Source: Octopus bimaculoides
Lineage: Eukaryota
Direction: 5' to 3'
Assembly: GCF_001194135.2 (NCBI RefSeq)
Contig: NC_068999.1
Location: 27,670,177-27,705,248 of the forward strand
DNA: 35,072 bases
This document shows positions 19,533 to 32,697 of this stretch, in pieces. The notes beneath the pieces were generated by a model. It made no database searches and was not told the DNA's origin. It was given only the letters and a program-made list of their open reading frames with translations. Both the position numbers and the translations under genes were made by a program. Positions within the stretch are counted from its first letter, which is position 1. Every line of letters begins with the position of its first letter.

Positions 19533-21179
19533 ACACACACACACATATATATATATGTCTATATATTTGACGAGTTGCTTTCACAGCTGAGCGCTTTATA
19601 GGTGCGAAACCAATGATCACCCTCTGACAGGCCATAACAACCAACATATACACACAACGAGAAGGAATCAGTTAGAAAGGAAGTGCTAGGTGTGGGTTGT
19701 AAAATATTGAAACTTGTTGATAAACAAATTTTTTTCAGAATCCTTATTTCCGTTGAATGAAACTTTTAACTGCTGCAGTGTTTCTGTTTCTCTTTTCTTT
19801 TTTCTGTTTGTTGTGTTGCATAGAAAGCCAAAATTTTTTACTGATGAGTTTTTGTGAATTTATTTACAATTTGCTTTGTATATGTTTTATTGATATGTGT
19901 AAAGTATGCAAGCACTCGTATACTGGCGATGTAACATCAGAAATTAGGTTAAAATTGTTTCACTACCATTACTTCAATATCTGAGCAATTGGCTTGTACG
20001 CAACTTTAAACTAGATTTTCAAATAATGATATTCACTTGAGAAACAACTTGAAAAGGTACACGAACAGAGGAAAATTTGCAGTTCAAGTATATTGTGTGA
20101 GTCTAGAACATGATTCGAGGCTCTTATGTTCACAGGGTATGAGCTATTTGGGATCCGGACAAAAGCTTCATAGTTAAAGTGTGAAAGTGGACAAAAGCCC
20201 CACCTTTTACTTATTTCAGTCATTCGACTGAGGCCATGCTGGGGCACCGCCTTGAAAATTTTTTAGTTGAACGTATCGACCGCAGAGTTTTTGGTTAATA
20301 TAAAGATCTTCATCCGGGAACAAAAAAAAAAAATAAACCAGCCTGTTGGGTGTTAAGAAGTATGTAGAAAACGAATATTAAAAAAAATGCGTGCTGACGA
20401 CCCTGGCGGGGGGGGGGAGGGACTTTCGGAAAATTCACAAGATCCGATTTTTCCGTCATAACTTCCGGTAAAATAGATATATATGTATTGATTTTTTTTT
20501 TTTTACGGTATCTCACGTTTTGGGTTATGGAGGATCCGATTCTGATAAAACATTTCAAAAATCGCATTTTCAAAATTTCAGGGGCCATATTTCGAATTGA
20601 GTATGTTATCGCAGTTTTGTGAGAAAGAAAGAAAAGAGTGAAAAGATAAGACAAACTGGAGGTCTGAAGTGGATGCTAAGCAGGAGATGAAAAAAAAAAA
20701 CATGGTCTCACCTAAGCACTGGTCAAGTAGAAAAAAGATGGGTGATGAAGAAATTGGATGGTCTGTTGGTACCAAAAAGTGAAGAGAGAGAGACCAACAG
20801 AGAGAAGTAGAGAAGGTTGAGGAAGAGCAGGTAGGAAGAAAGAGGGTGTGCAAAAAGAAGAAGGGAATAAGAATAGACAGTAGATAGTTGATGAGGAAGA
20901 AATGATAGGCAGTAAAGAGGAAAAGACAGAAGTAGATGGGGAAGGTTTTGCACACAAAAGGAGAGAGAAGATGGAAGAGGAGAAAGGGATAGAAAAGAAA
21001 GAAAATTTTGCACCAAATACTGAACATTGTGTAGGGTTCCACTGAGTAGGAACAGGAGGTGCGTTGTTACATTGAGGAATAACCATGAAATATTGCACAG
21101 GAAGTAGACATTATATAAATATATACATACACAGATAGATAGATTGATTGATTAAACTCTTGTACAGAAGGATGACAAA

Positions 21180-21830
21180 GAAGCAATTAGAAATATCACA
21201 TACAAGACATGGACAAAGGTGACAGAGGAACATACTGAAAAGTCATGCATAAGGCATACTATTGTCTAAAGTCATAATTTCCCGTCTTTAACAATAAGAT
21301 AGTTCAATTTGGTGGTGTCAACAGCAAAAATATGACCATCACACCAGCTGAGACTAGGAAAATTGAAGTCTTCTGTTAAAAGTACATTGGCTTATGGGAT
21401 GGCCTCACCTAGGGTTTGGCTTTCGAATGACAAAGCATCCCTGAAATGATCTCTGTAGTTAACCACATCAGGAGGATGATAGGTAATGCCTGGCCAGTTA
21501 CATGCATAATTAGTGTATCACACATTGAGTTGAAATGGGAGAAGAGAATATTTGTTTTCAGGTTTTCATGGATGAAATGTTATACTCCTCCTTGTTTCCA
21601 GATCCTGCAGTCAGTTCTGTGTAGTACATAACTTGACATGTGTACTTCTGCATCCAGTATGTCCAGAGACAGGTGCATTTCACTAAGTATTTCAGATGTC
21701 TTTTCTCTGTGTGCAAGGTCTCTAAGATATGATACTTTTGTTCGATTTATCAAGTATAAGAGATCTTGTACATTCAGTATTATTACTGGGTTGAATTTGT
21801 GAGTTAATGACAGCAATGGTGTGTGGTTGT
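21180..21830 (-). mobile_element. Decayed CR1/L2-group LINE APE endonuclease fragment (possible ORF1 remnant up to ~22500)
   Basis: SEMHLSLDILDAEVHMSSYVLHRTDCRIWKQGGV (cf. ETHL...Y...R.DR..RKGGGV) and NVLLTEDFNFPSLSW (cf. GDFN.P.I.W, ~21350-21395). Confidence 0.65.
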
Positions 21831-24148
21831 GTACTGGGGTAATAGCAGTGGTTGGTACTGTGTGAGAACTAAAAGGTTGTTTTTGATTTCTTTTGCCAAA
21901 TTGATCATGGCTAAAAAAGAATTTTCTTGTTCTAGAAGGAGCTATTCTCTGAAGTTATGATTGAACTGTTGAATATGGTTACATGGTTTGAGCTGTTGAT
22001 TTTACTATTGTAACCGGTGGATATCTGGGTTTCTGTGAAACTCTGAACTAACACTGTCACTGCAAGGGATGTTTCTATTGTGGATGTGGTGGTGGCTTGG
22101 TGTCATACTTTTAATAGTGCATCAAGCCACTGGAAGACAAGTGAAAAGACAGTCATACTTCAAACATAATCTTTCACATTGGGAATAGCAGCAGATTTTA
22201 GGATTCCGGGTTACATGTGTGGAAGCTATTAAATTTGATTTAGTATTTGGTGTTTGTGGTGGTTAAAGATGTGTGCTTTAGCTTCGGCTGGTGTTGCTTG
22301 TATGAATTGTGCATCTTGTCCCAGGTAAATGAGTGAAGTTGCAGTTACCAGCTTATTTGGGGTTTTTCAAGTATTCATAGATTTTACTTTATTTACAGTT
22401 GGCAGATTCATCATGGAGCTGTGAGGTATACATTCAGATTGGGGTGGACAGTAGGAAAAAGAAAGGCATAATTCTTCACTAATTAGAGTTGTAGTAGTGG
22501 TTATGATATTATCAGTAGAATAGATCTTGATGGATTTCTTGTGTTATTCTGAGAGAGTGAGAAATTTGAATAGCCTGACAGTGCAGTAGAGCTAGGGACT
22601 ATGCTGTTTAATAATACTGAGGAGTGGTTGTGGCTGCAAACCTTGTTGTTTATTGTCATAGGGGTAGAACATGATGGCAATGATCACTTTACACCAATGA
22701 AGTACAGACAACTGACTCAACACCACAGCAAACTACTACACATGTACGGTCTCCCTAAGATTCACAAGGATGGTATTCCATTAAGAGATATAGCGAGCTG
22801 TAGAGGTTCAGCATGTCATCCACTGAGCCGCTTGTGGATATAATCAGTCCATTAGCAGGAAAGTCAACATCGTATGTGAAGAATTCCACCCACTTCACAG
22901 AACTGATCAAGGATAACTCCATTGAATCCAACCAGGTGGTGAGTCTAGATGTGATAAGTCTGTTCACCAAAGTCCCAACTGGTGAAGCACCATCGGTGAT
23001 GCAAGAAAAAGTAGTGACACACACCCATCTGAAAGAACGCAATAGTAAACCAATAAGAAACTTGATGGAAATGTTGACCTTCTGTGTAGAAACTACCTAC
23101 TTCAGTATGGACACTGATATATATCAACAAGAGGAGGGTTTAGCTATGGGTTCACCATTATCACCAGTAATAGCCAATATATACATGGAATACTTTGAGA
23201 ATTTGGCTTTAGGATCAACACCACTAAAACCAACACTATGGCTATGATATGTTGATGACACCTTTATTCTCTGGTCCCACCAGGAAGATGTCCAAGTGCT
23301 GTTAGATCATGTGAACTCAATAAAGCCATCCATACAGTTCACAATGGAAAAGGAAAAAGACAATCAGCTGGCATCCCTGGACGTATTAATAACACACACC
23401 AAGTATGGATTCAGGACATCCGTATACAGCAAGCCGACCTTCACTGGACGATACCGCAACTTCAATTCTCACCATCCATACAGTGTAAAGAGGGAGATTG
23501 CTCAGTACCTAAAACATCATACAAAGAATATAAGTAGCGATCATGATACACACCATGAAGAAATGATCAAGCTCAATAATGATCTCTTAAGCAACAACTA
23601 TCCACTCCAATTATGAAGAAGAGAGAGGGTGAGGCCAATAAACTGTCCACAGTCTGTCTACTATGTGAAAGGCCTCTCTTAAAAGATATAAAAGATATGC
23701 AGCCCATATGACATCAGGACAGTATTCAAGAGTAATACAACACTTTGCAAATATCTCTTTCAAGTAAAACCACCAATAGAAGAGAATATGACCAAAAACT
23801 GAGTGTACTCCATCCCATGCAGCTGTGGTAGGTTATACAAAGGTGAAACATGCTGCTCCCTCAAAATAAGGGTAGAGGAATATCACAAAGCTGTAACACG
23901 AGGAGATATTGATAAATCATGTATGGAAAATGGAGACCACCTCCCCCTGTGGGATGAAGTTAAAATAATAGATAGAGAACACCACTGGAAAATATGAAAA
24001 CTAACAGAAGCCACACATATGCTAGGACACAACAACCTCCTAAGCAGACTGAGTGCAGATATGAGCAGCATATGGGAACCGGTATTAAGGAAGGATAGAA
24101 AAATATTAGATTTATAAGCCCTAAAGATTCACTCCATAATTGCCCACA

Positions 24149-24220
24149 GGCATATGGCGTAGTGGTTAAGAGTGCAAGCTACTAACCCCAAGATTCCGGG
24201 TTCAATTCCAAGCAGTGACC
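24149..24220 (+). promoter_or_regulatory. tRNA-like module with Pol III A and B boxes inside the PLE 3' region
   Basis: A box TGGCGTAGTGG (24155-24165) and B box GGTTCAATTCC (24199-24209). The same module is present at 33402-33470 in the second PLE copy. Confidence 0.7.
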
Positions 24221-24288
24221 TGAACAATAATAATAATAACATCGAAAAATACCTTAGGAATGAGAACCCAGGTTTCAAATTTCCCCAA

Positions 24289-24334
24289 GACAGCTGAAGA
24301 AGGCTGGAGGGTATATCAACCGAAATGTTGTGTT
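24289..24334 (+). ncRNA. Minimal type-I hammerhead motif of the PLE (decayed copy)
   Basis: GACAG CUGAAGA A GGCUG-GAGGGUAUAU-CAACC GAAA UG UU GUGUU. The consensus with 33552-33597 is GACAC CUGAUGA A GGCUG...CAGCC GAAA CG UU GUGUU. Confidence 0.75.
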
Positions 24335-24571
24335 AACAACAAACGAGATGAGGACAAATATCCGTTGAATGTAAATAATGTATATATATATATATGTATA
24401 CACTTTTAATTTTGATGTTGACAATGCTTTAGTTCAGTAATATATCTTTCTAGAGAATTCCCTTGGGAATTTTTATGACTAGCTTCATCATTAAACATTT
24501 CGGACTTTTTTTATTTTTTTATTTATTTTCTTGTTTTGAGAAGAAACTTAACTTCAAGTAACTTTTTACAG

Positions 24572-24608
24572 GTGAAATTTTAGACACTATTTTCTTAACC
24601 TGGCAAAG
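24572..24608 (+). other. Candidate 37-nt host exon
   Basis: actttttacAG acceptor and GTATGT donor; only one open frame (GEILDTIFLTWQ). Supported by splice signals only. Confidence 0.3.
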
Positions 24609-25329
24609 GTATGTAGCGGGGTGCAGATTTTGATTTTACACCCCTCCAGAAAACATTTTAGAGGGTGCAAGCACACTACCAGCACCCAATTTTCCTGGGC
24701 CCTTGTGGACAACAAAAAATTATTGTAGATTGGTCAGGTGCATTCATCAATAATATAAATGTTCTCCAAAATAACAAGTACTCACTAATTTTTAAATGCG
24801 CTGTTAGGGCATCCAGCCATAAAAACCCTGCCAAAACACAAAGAAGTCTGATGCAGTCTTCTACCTGGCCAGCTCCTGTCAAACTGTCCAACCCATGCCA
24901 GCATGGAAGGAGGATGTTAAACGATGATGATGTTACTGCACAGGAAAATTAGTGCCTGTTTTCATCACAGTCACAATAATTTCACACTCTTTGCTGCTGA
25001 ATTTAAGTCACATTGTTGCAATGTTTTAATTCCTCCAAATTTGACTTTGCCATTCATCCCTTCAAAGTCAATCAAATAAATACTAGTCGAGGACCGAAGT
25101 TGATGTAATCAACTAACCCCCTTCACTAGCAATCATGATTGGTTAGTTGCCTTATCAGGCCATCATAGTCTTATTAGTGATTGGTTAAACTATGACCTCA
25201 GTAGAAATATGGAAATGAAGAAATATAAGAAAATCTTTGGTCTAGTAATTACTGTGCAATTTTTCTTGATGGGATAATTGGCTTTTAGATAAATATATAT
25301 TTGTCCCATGTCAGACACATTTCTCCTTT

Positions 25330-27190
25330 TACCATCAACTATTCTATGCTAGGTGTTCTTTCAATATATATTATCCATCTTAATACTGACTGCCATTTGT
25401 ATCCTGTCCCAGTTCATTTTGGGTGAGTAACCCAGCCATCTTAGCTGCTGGTGCTTTATTTCATCCAATTTTGCAATACAGCCTTTCATTTAATACTTTA
25501 TTGAGCCAGAAGATATTCTATATTTTCCTCAGGCACTCTTTGTAAAATTTATGATCTAATTCATGTTTACTACTAGCAATTATCCCGACCCACACATGAA
25601 GACAGATATACCATTGCTGTTATAGAGTCCATGGTCATATTGCCTAGACTTAATGATCAACTGAAGTTTTGCATATGGTCCACAAGCTTTGGTGAACCTC
25701 ACTTGGATATCATCCTCCAAACATATTGACTTTGCTACTAAGGCTTCCCAGATATATTGACTCATCCAAATAGTCTACTGCATCATCATTAAAGGGTTGA
25801 GTGCACAGTTGTTGAAGTTTATGCACATGACATGTATTTGAGGTGTTGATGTTATGACCTTTCTGTTTTGTTTAATTGTTTAGCTTCTTAGTAGTCTCTT
25901 GTAGATGATCTTCCTTCAAGTAAAGGGCTGCCAGGTCATCCACAGAATCAAGATCTTCTAAATGGGAGAAAAATGTTTATTGAATACCCTAAAGGTTATC
26001 TGATGTCATCTTACAGTCAAAGATAAGCAAAAAGATGGAAGAAAGGAAAGCTCTGTTGTACACAGGCCTATTGAAAACCATCCAAAGAATGTCTTGCTAG
26101 TGACTACAATTGTATTTGAAACGGTTATAGAACAGACTTATTAATGATTCCAACATCTTCAGGGGGTCTTCCTGAACACACTGACCAAAGCCACTCAAAG
26201 CACTATTTAAGGATTTTCACCAGTACAAAAGATATGATCAATGTAACCTATTCACTCTTCCTTTAGCTTATCAGTTACTGATTCCATTTTTTGCAGAAGA
26301 ACTCTACTGGAAACTTTGTTAGAAATGTAAAGGAGTGTGATACCACATCACTTACGACACTTCTGTAAATTGCCTTTCTTAGGAAGTTTGACAATTAGTC
26401 CCTCAACCAAGTCATATGGAATGATGTCACTTTATGATAGTCTTAATGAGATTAAGCTACACTGATATTGTTATGATGAGGACTGCTTTAAGCATCTCAA
26501 CATAGATATAGTCAACACTTATTGTTTTTCTTTTTTACATGGCTTTGAATTTCTTTTGTCTCATTTGCTGTAGAGGGAGTAATGGTTGATGATAAGGGTA
26601 TTTTCTGTTGATTGAGAATTGGTAACCTCATCTGGTTGAAAGTGGTCATGGCCCTTCCTTGAAGTATTGGATCCATCTTCCTGTTTGCTTTCACTAAGTT
26701 GTTGTGCCAGTACCACCTTTTCCTCTCACTGGCACTCATTGGCTGGTGTTGCTGCCACAAAGGTGTTGCATGATTTTATAGATAGTATTCATCTATCATG
26801 TAGTTGCAGTTTGCTGAGTTTCACATGCCATCTCTTCAATAAAAGATTGCTTATCTACCCCAGTGCTCCTTCTGACCTCTTTAGTCTAGGACTTATGGAC
26901 ATGTTAGACTACTCCACAATCCATGGTAACTTGTTGCTCAGTATCTTGGTTTTGAGCTGTTTCTTTTCATTTACTTTCTGCCGTATTCCAGGTGTTAACC
27001 ATTTTTGTCCCTATTCTTCTTATAGTCTATGATTCTTTTTCTTATTGCCTATGAGAAATGGCAGTGATCAGTTGGAGCCATGAAAGCTTTTCATGGAGCC
27101 AATGTATTGAGTGACCATCATTTAATAACAGTTAGAGTGAGCTTGAAATGTTACAATTGCAAGAAACAAAGAAAACAGTTCAACATTACT
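25330..27190 (-). mobile_element. Heavily decayed RTE-clade LINE (linker and RT)
   Basis: Minus-strand remnants KWLTPGIRQKVNEKKQLKTKILS, IPYDLVEGLIVKLPKKGNLQKC..GITLL (~26330-26420), LEDLDSVDDLAAL (~25930-25965, cf. FADD), EDDIQVRFTKA. Boundaries approximate. Confidence 0.75.
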
Positions 27191-28188
27191 AAATTTAAAT
27201 GCCCTCACACTAAACAGCTGTGTATCCATGAAATTTAAAATCATTTTAGTGCATTAGTAACTGAGAATGATACCCTAATTAACACCAAGTGAGATATGAT
27301 TAAAAAACACTTTTGTTAAAGCAACAACATAGACTATGAGTCTAACTTAATTACTGCAAACTTGATGAATAGAGACTTAACAATGAAAGAGTTGTGCTAG
27401 AGCTTATGTCTCACAAGCCATGCATCTATTCAAAGAATCAATCTAAGGCCCCAATTCAGATACATTTATGGCCTTTGAAGTAAGCACCTCCATCTCAAGT
27501 TCTTGAACAAAATGTCTAGATGAGAACTAACTGCTCAACAGCCTAGTCTTTCTTTACACAGTGTCTTCTCTGCCATTCATTTTTTACTAAACTGCGATAT
27601 ATTTGTCAAATTCTTTCTAGTCAGTTAAAAAATACTCTAGTGTCTGATCTGCTATTGATTTTATCCATTTCTTCAGTTTTGTCATTTCTTCTGTAAAACT
27701 TATGACATATCTATCAAGTTTTGTTCTTTCTTGGATCCTACTTTTTAGTTTCTTCAAGGTCATAACATTTTGAGAAGATAGATGATTAAATTGACCCAAA
27801 TCCTTATTTAGTGATTTATCAACCTTAGAAGAAAGAAAATCTACGGCCTACTTGAAGTAAAAATGTAAAAATTCATTACTAAATACTTCAAGGCATTTTA
27901 TCTGATATTCTGACATTTCAGATAATCCATAGCAACATATGCACACATATTGCCATTCTTACTCTTATGAATTTCCACAGGCATAGCTGTGTGATTGAGA
28001 AATTTACTTCACAATCATATGGTTCTGGGTTTCATTCTGCTGTTTAGCATCTTAGAAAAGTATCTCCTCTTGTCACCTCAGATTGTCCAATGAGTAGAAT
28101 CTTGGGATAGAAATCTATGTGGGTATCAAGCAAACTTCATTCCTTTACATCAAAAGGTTGCTTAGCCATTCTATAAAGAAAGATTCAC

Positions 28189-28418
28189 TGTTGTCGTGAA
28201 ATCCTAACATCCCTGTGGGATAGTAAGTGAAGTGTCCTAAACCTTATAAAGGCGCATGCATACTGACAGTGCAATATACAGTGTGGTGTGTGCAGTTGCA
28301 TTTGTGAAGGCAGTTGTAGAAGAGATATAAGTTTGTTCTGTGTTCGTTACTGATTTAATTTTTGTAGTGTTATAACACTGTTACAGTGTAGTCTATATCC
28401 AAACTTAAGGATATAAGA
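28189..28418 (+). repeat. 5' LTR of Mag element
   Basis: tgttgtcgtgaaatcc...ggatataaga, homologous to 32468-32697. Confidence 0.9.
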
Positions 28419-28419
28419 G

Positions 28420-28429
28420 TGGTGACGAG
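28420..28429 (+). promoter_or_regulatory. Primer binding site, tRNA-Ser(GCU)-type
   Basis: TGGTGACGAG lies 1 nt after the LTR, one transition from TGGCGACGAG, which is complementary to the 3' end of tRNA-Ser(GCU) and typical of Mag elements. Confidence 0.8.
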
Positions 28430-31400
28430 ACATTCGAAGTTCACTATGAATGTTCTTAGCATGGAAGACCTATTAGCTTCTGTGGTACAGTTGTAACGGA
28501 AACAAGAACAGCAGCAAAATCAACAGTTGTTGGAATTATTGTTGCAGTCAAAAAACATTTCAGGATCATTTTTGGCAGACGGGGTTACTAATTCAATTGA
28601 AGAATTAACTTATAATCCAGAAGAAGGCATTTCGTTTTCTGCATACTTCAGAAGATATGAAGGGATCTTCAAAGAAGAATGTAGAAACTGGATGGACTTC
28701 TTTTAAGGAAATTATCACTTGCAAAACATGAACAATATTGTAATTACATCCTGCTGAGAAAACCATCCAAAATTTGTTTCTAGGAAGCAATTAACCTGTT
28801 ATCTAAAACATTCAGTGAAAGAAATTCACTATTTAATATTTGCAGGGAGTGCTTGAATTTGGAAAAAAAAAAAAAAAACTAAAGATTTCATCCCATATGC
28901 CAGAATTGAAAAACAGAGAATGTGAAAAATTTAAACTAAACAAATTAACTCAAGATACGGTCAAATGTCTAATCTTTGTACTAGGATTAACTGTAAGCAA
29001 AGATGCAGAGATATGGGCTCAGATATTGACAAAACTAGAACAAGATTCAAAACTAACTCTACAAGTAGTGGCTGAAGAATGCCAAAGGATTATAAATTTA
29101 TGGAAGGGTACAGAAAAAATTGAAAATGATTATTCAAATATACATACATGTTTACCTGTAACAGATAAGAAAAAAGTAAAACAACAGTGAAGACCCAAAC
29201 CATGCTATGGGTGTGGAGAAATACATTTTAAAAGAAACTGTCCTTTTAAAAATCTGAAATGTTCTGGATGTGGAAAAATCAGACATAAGAATTCTAATTG
29301 TGGGGTGAAACATAAAAGGTCGAATGAAAAACATTCAAGAAAAAAAAGTATTGTCAACACAAATGCAAAGCAAGGCACAAAAAAGAAAATTTGTCTCCGT
29401 AAAAATAAATAATGTGAATATGAGACTACAGTTGGACACAGGAAGTGATATCACGATAGTTAACAATGAAACATGGACAAAAATAGGAAAGCCTACATTG
29501 AAAAAAGCTTCAAAAATTGTGCGAGGTATTTCAGGGAAACAATTGTGATTTTTGGGTGAAATGATAAGTGAGATGACATTTTGTGGAAAAACTTTGAAAG
29601 CCAAAGTTTTTATATTAAAAAATACAACAAACCTATTTGGCACAGACTAGATGGAACTATTTAATTTACAGGACCTCCCTATAAATATTTTTTGTAATAA
29701 TGTAAATGGTTCTTACGCCAGTTCAAATAAGGTGTTGAACGATTTAAAAAAGATTTTTCCTGACGTTTTTTCTGAAGAATTAGGTGCACCAAGACAAATG
29801 CAAAATTTCAAGTGAAAGAAAACGCTGTACCAGTATTCAGACCAAAGCGAGCTGTACCTTTCGTGGCGGTGAATCAAATCATCAAAAATTGGATTGAATA
29901 GAAAAGCCTGGAATTATAGAAAAAATTGATTATTCAGAATGAGCAGCACCAGCTGTTTATGTAAAGAAAAAAGTAATAAAATATGAGTATGCACTGACTT
30001 TTCAACAGGCTTGAATGAATGTTTGATGACATACAATTACCCATTACCAAGTCCGGAGGAAATTTTTGCGAAACTCAAAGTTGAACTTGTTGGAGGCATA
30101 TTTGCAATTACAAGTCAAGGAGGAATGTTCAAAATTATTAACGATAAACACTCATAAAGGTTTATATAAATTCAATCAACTTCCTTTCGGGATAAAGGTG
30201 ACACCTAGTATTTCCCAACAGGTGATGGACACTATGCTTGCAGATACAGATTTCACTATAACTTACTTGGATGACGTACTCATAAAAAGTGAGTCTCAAG
30301 GTCAGAATGAGGAACATGTTAAAAAGGTCTTTGAAAGACTAAAGGAGTATGGATTTAAACTTAGCGAGAAAAAATACAAATTTTACTAGTCAGAAATAAA
30401 GTATCTAGGGCAAGTTATCAATAAAAATGGTCACAGGCCAGATTCTTTAAGATCGACTGCAATAATAAATATGCCCCCCCCCCCGAAAAATATTACAACA
30501 TTACAAGTGTTCTTGGGGCTTGCAAACTATTACCAAACATATATACTGAATATGCATGAGCTAAGAGCAACCCTAAACAACCTCTTGAAAAAAAAACGTT
30601 AAATGGTATTGATCAGACAGGTGACAAGAAAAGCATTCAAAGAAATTCAAAAAGTTTTAACATCTGAACTGTCATTATCGCACTTTGATCCAAATTTTAA
30701 AATAGTAATAGATGCTAGCAAAAGTGGTATAGGAGTGGTAATTTTACACAAGTATGAAAATGGTAGTCTAAAACCCATCGCTTATGCTTCATGTGCATTG
30801 TTGGCATCTGAAAAAAAACTACAACCAAATTGAGAAGAAGGCATTAGCCATTATTTTTGTGGTGAAAAAATTTCACAAATTCATACATGGAAGGAAATAC
30901 AGTCTGCAGACAGATCACCATCCATTGTTGTCAATTTATGGATCGAAAAAGGGTATCACCCACACATACAGCCAACCAATTACAGTGCTGGGGGATGATC
31001 CTACTAAATTATGATTTTAAGATGGAACTTCTAACATCAAAAAAACTGGGACATGTGGATAGGCTGTCAAGACTGATACCTAAATACAATGAACCATGAG
31101 TGGACACAGTAACAGCATCATTAAAAGCTGAAATTGAAATAAAAAATATACTCTGTAACGTAGTACGTGAACTACCTGTCACTTTAGAGGAAATAAAAAT
31201 TAAAGCAGAGAAGGATGTGTTTGTAATAAAAAATGTTTAAATAGTGAAGTCAGAGACAAATACAAAAACTCATGTAGCTGAGCATAACACAGTTTCAAAA
31301 TGGTATTCAATATGTGATGACGTACTTATGTATGCTCAGAGGGTTGTAATACCTGTTTCTTTGCAAAATCGTATGCTAAAAGAATTCCACATGAGACATC

Positions 31401-32467
31401 CAGGAATTGCGAGAATGAAAGCACTGATGAGTAGCTACATCTACTGGCCGAATATGGATCAGGATATCAAAAAATTGGTGAAAGCCTGCAGGGGTTGTGC
31501 CCTTGCAGCAAAAGCACCACCTATAAAAATTCAGCCTTGGCCCAAGACTGACACACCTTGATCCAGGTTACACATAGACTTCACAGGACCGTTAAATGGA
31601 GGGTATTATCTAATAGTTGCGTGAAATGGCTGGAAATATGTAAATGTAGGAAGCCAACCTCCAAAGTAACTATGGAATTTCTTGAACTTTTTGCACGATA
31701 TGGTGTCCTAGACACTATAGTGTCTGATAACAAAACGCAGTTCACATCAAAGGAATTTTAAAACTTTTGCAAAATACATGCTATGGAGTATATTACTACT
31801 CCACCATACCATTTAAGATCAAATGGGCTAGTGGAACGTTTTGTAGAGGGTGCTGAAAAAAAATCTAGGAATGAGCCACAGCTGATACTGCATTGACGCA
31901 ATTCTTAAGTGTCTACCGAATAACACCTAACCCCAACACCACTTCAGGTATGTTGCTGGCTGAACTTATGTTCACCAGGAGGGTCAGGTCAGAGTTTGAC
32001 AAATTACTACCGGGAAGAAAAGTAAAAAATGGAGAGAAACACCGAAAATAAGATAAAATACTTCAAAATCGGTGACAAGGTGTATTTTAGAATATACAGA
32101 AATGGAAAGAAAAGTTGGTAGGAAGGTATAATAAGTAAACGTTTAGGAAAAATAACATACATGGTAAAAGGTCATACATGGGAACACATATGATATGACA
32201 TGATAAGAATAAGATATGAAGAACTAATGGAATTTCTTTATGACATGTTTGACATCCCAGTACCTCAAGGAATAGTTGAACCAACAAGTACATTGACTAG
32301 GAAAAGAAAACAAGCAGAACTTTTGCAAGTAGAGCCAAAATGAAAAAATTATTCCAATTTATTCCCAGGGAATTAAGTAAAAAAAAAAAGTTGGGGAGAG
32401 GTGGTAATAAATATATAATAAATTTTAAAAATATTGATTTCCAAGGAAAGTCAAACTCAAAAAGAGA

Positions 32468-32697
32468 TATTGTGGTGAAATCCTGACACCCCTGTGGGAT
32501 AGCAAGTGAACTTTCTTTAGCCTTATAAAGGTGCATGTGTATTGACAGTGCAATGTACAGTGTGGTATTTACAGTCACATTTGTGAAGGCAGTCATAGAA
32601 GTCGTTGTGAAGAGATATAAGTTTGTTATTGATTTAGTTTTTGTTGTGTTATAAAACTGTTACAGTGTAGTCTATATCCAAACTCAAGGATATAAGA
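32468..32697 (+). repeat. 3' LTR of Mag element
   Basis: tattgtggtgaaatcc...ggatataaga, preceded by the purine run aaaaagaga. Confidence 0.9.

Larger units (their letters stand above)
22680..24382 (+). mobile_element. 5'-truncated Penelope/Poseidon-type PLE: RT, then GIY-YIG, then 3' repeat with tRNA-like module, (AAT)n and hammerhead
   Basis: YGLPKIHKDGIPLR, SLDVISLFTKVP, GLAMGSPLSPVIANIYMEYFE, WL*YVDDTF, IQFTMEKE, LASLDVLI, YSIPCSCGRLYKGET, with the ORF ending DL* at 24115-24117. Several stops and frameshifts. Confidence 0.92.
28189..32697 (+). mobile_element. Full-length decayed Gypsy LTR retrotransposon, Mag clade (K02A2.6-like)
   Basis: LTRs 28189-28418 and 32468-32697; 5-bp TSD TTCAC (28184-28188 / 32698-32702); PBS; Gag (YNPEEGISFSAYFRRYEGIF), two CCHC knuckles, PR LQLDTGSDITIV, RT LPFGIK...YLDDVLI, RNase H DASKSGIG...LQTDHHPL, IN HMRHPGIARMKAL...C..C. 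Many stops and frameshifts. Confidence 0.95.

Noticed and set aside
19757-19984. Signal-peptide-like ORF MKLLTAAVFLFLF as first exon of the CUB gene
   Set aside because: Hydrophobicity is explained by T-richness, and no suitable phase-1 donor was identified.
20310-21098. Phe/Leu/Ser-rich ORFs resembling membrane proteins
   Set aside because: Antisense reading of a purine-rich low-complexity tract. The 20380-20620 part looks like a DNA-transposon subterminal region, but no TIR or TSD could be fixed.
24149-24220. Possible genuine tRNA gene
   Set aside because: No convincing acceptor or anticodon stems and no T-run terminator; it is embedded in a repeated PLE.
27300-27950. Possible decayed transposase C-terminus on the minus strand
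   Set aside because: Only vague similarity; no diagnostic motif could be read.
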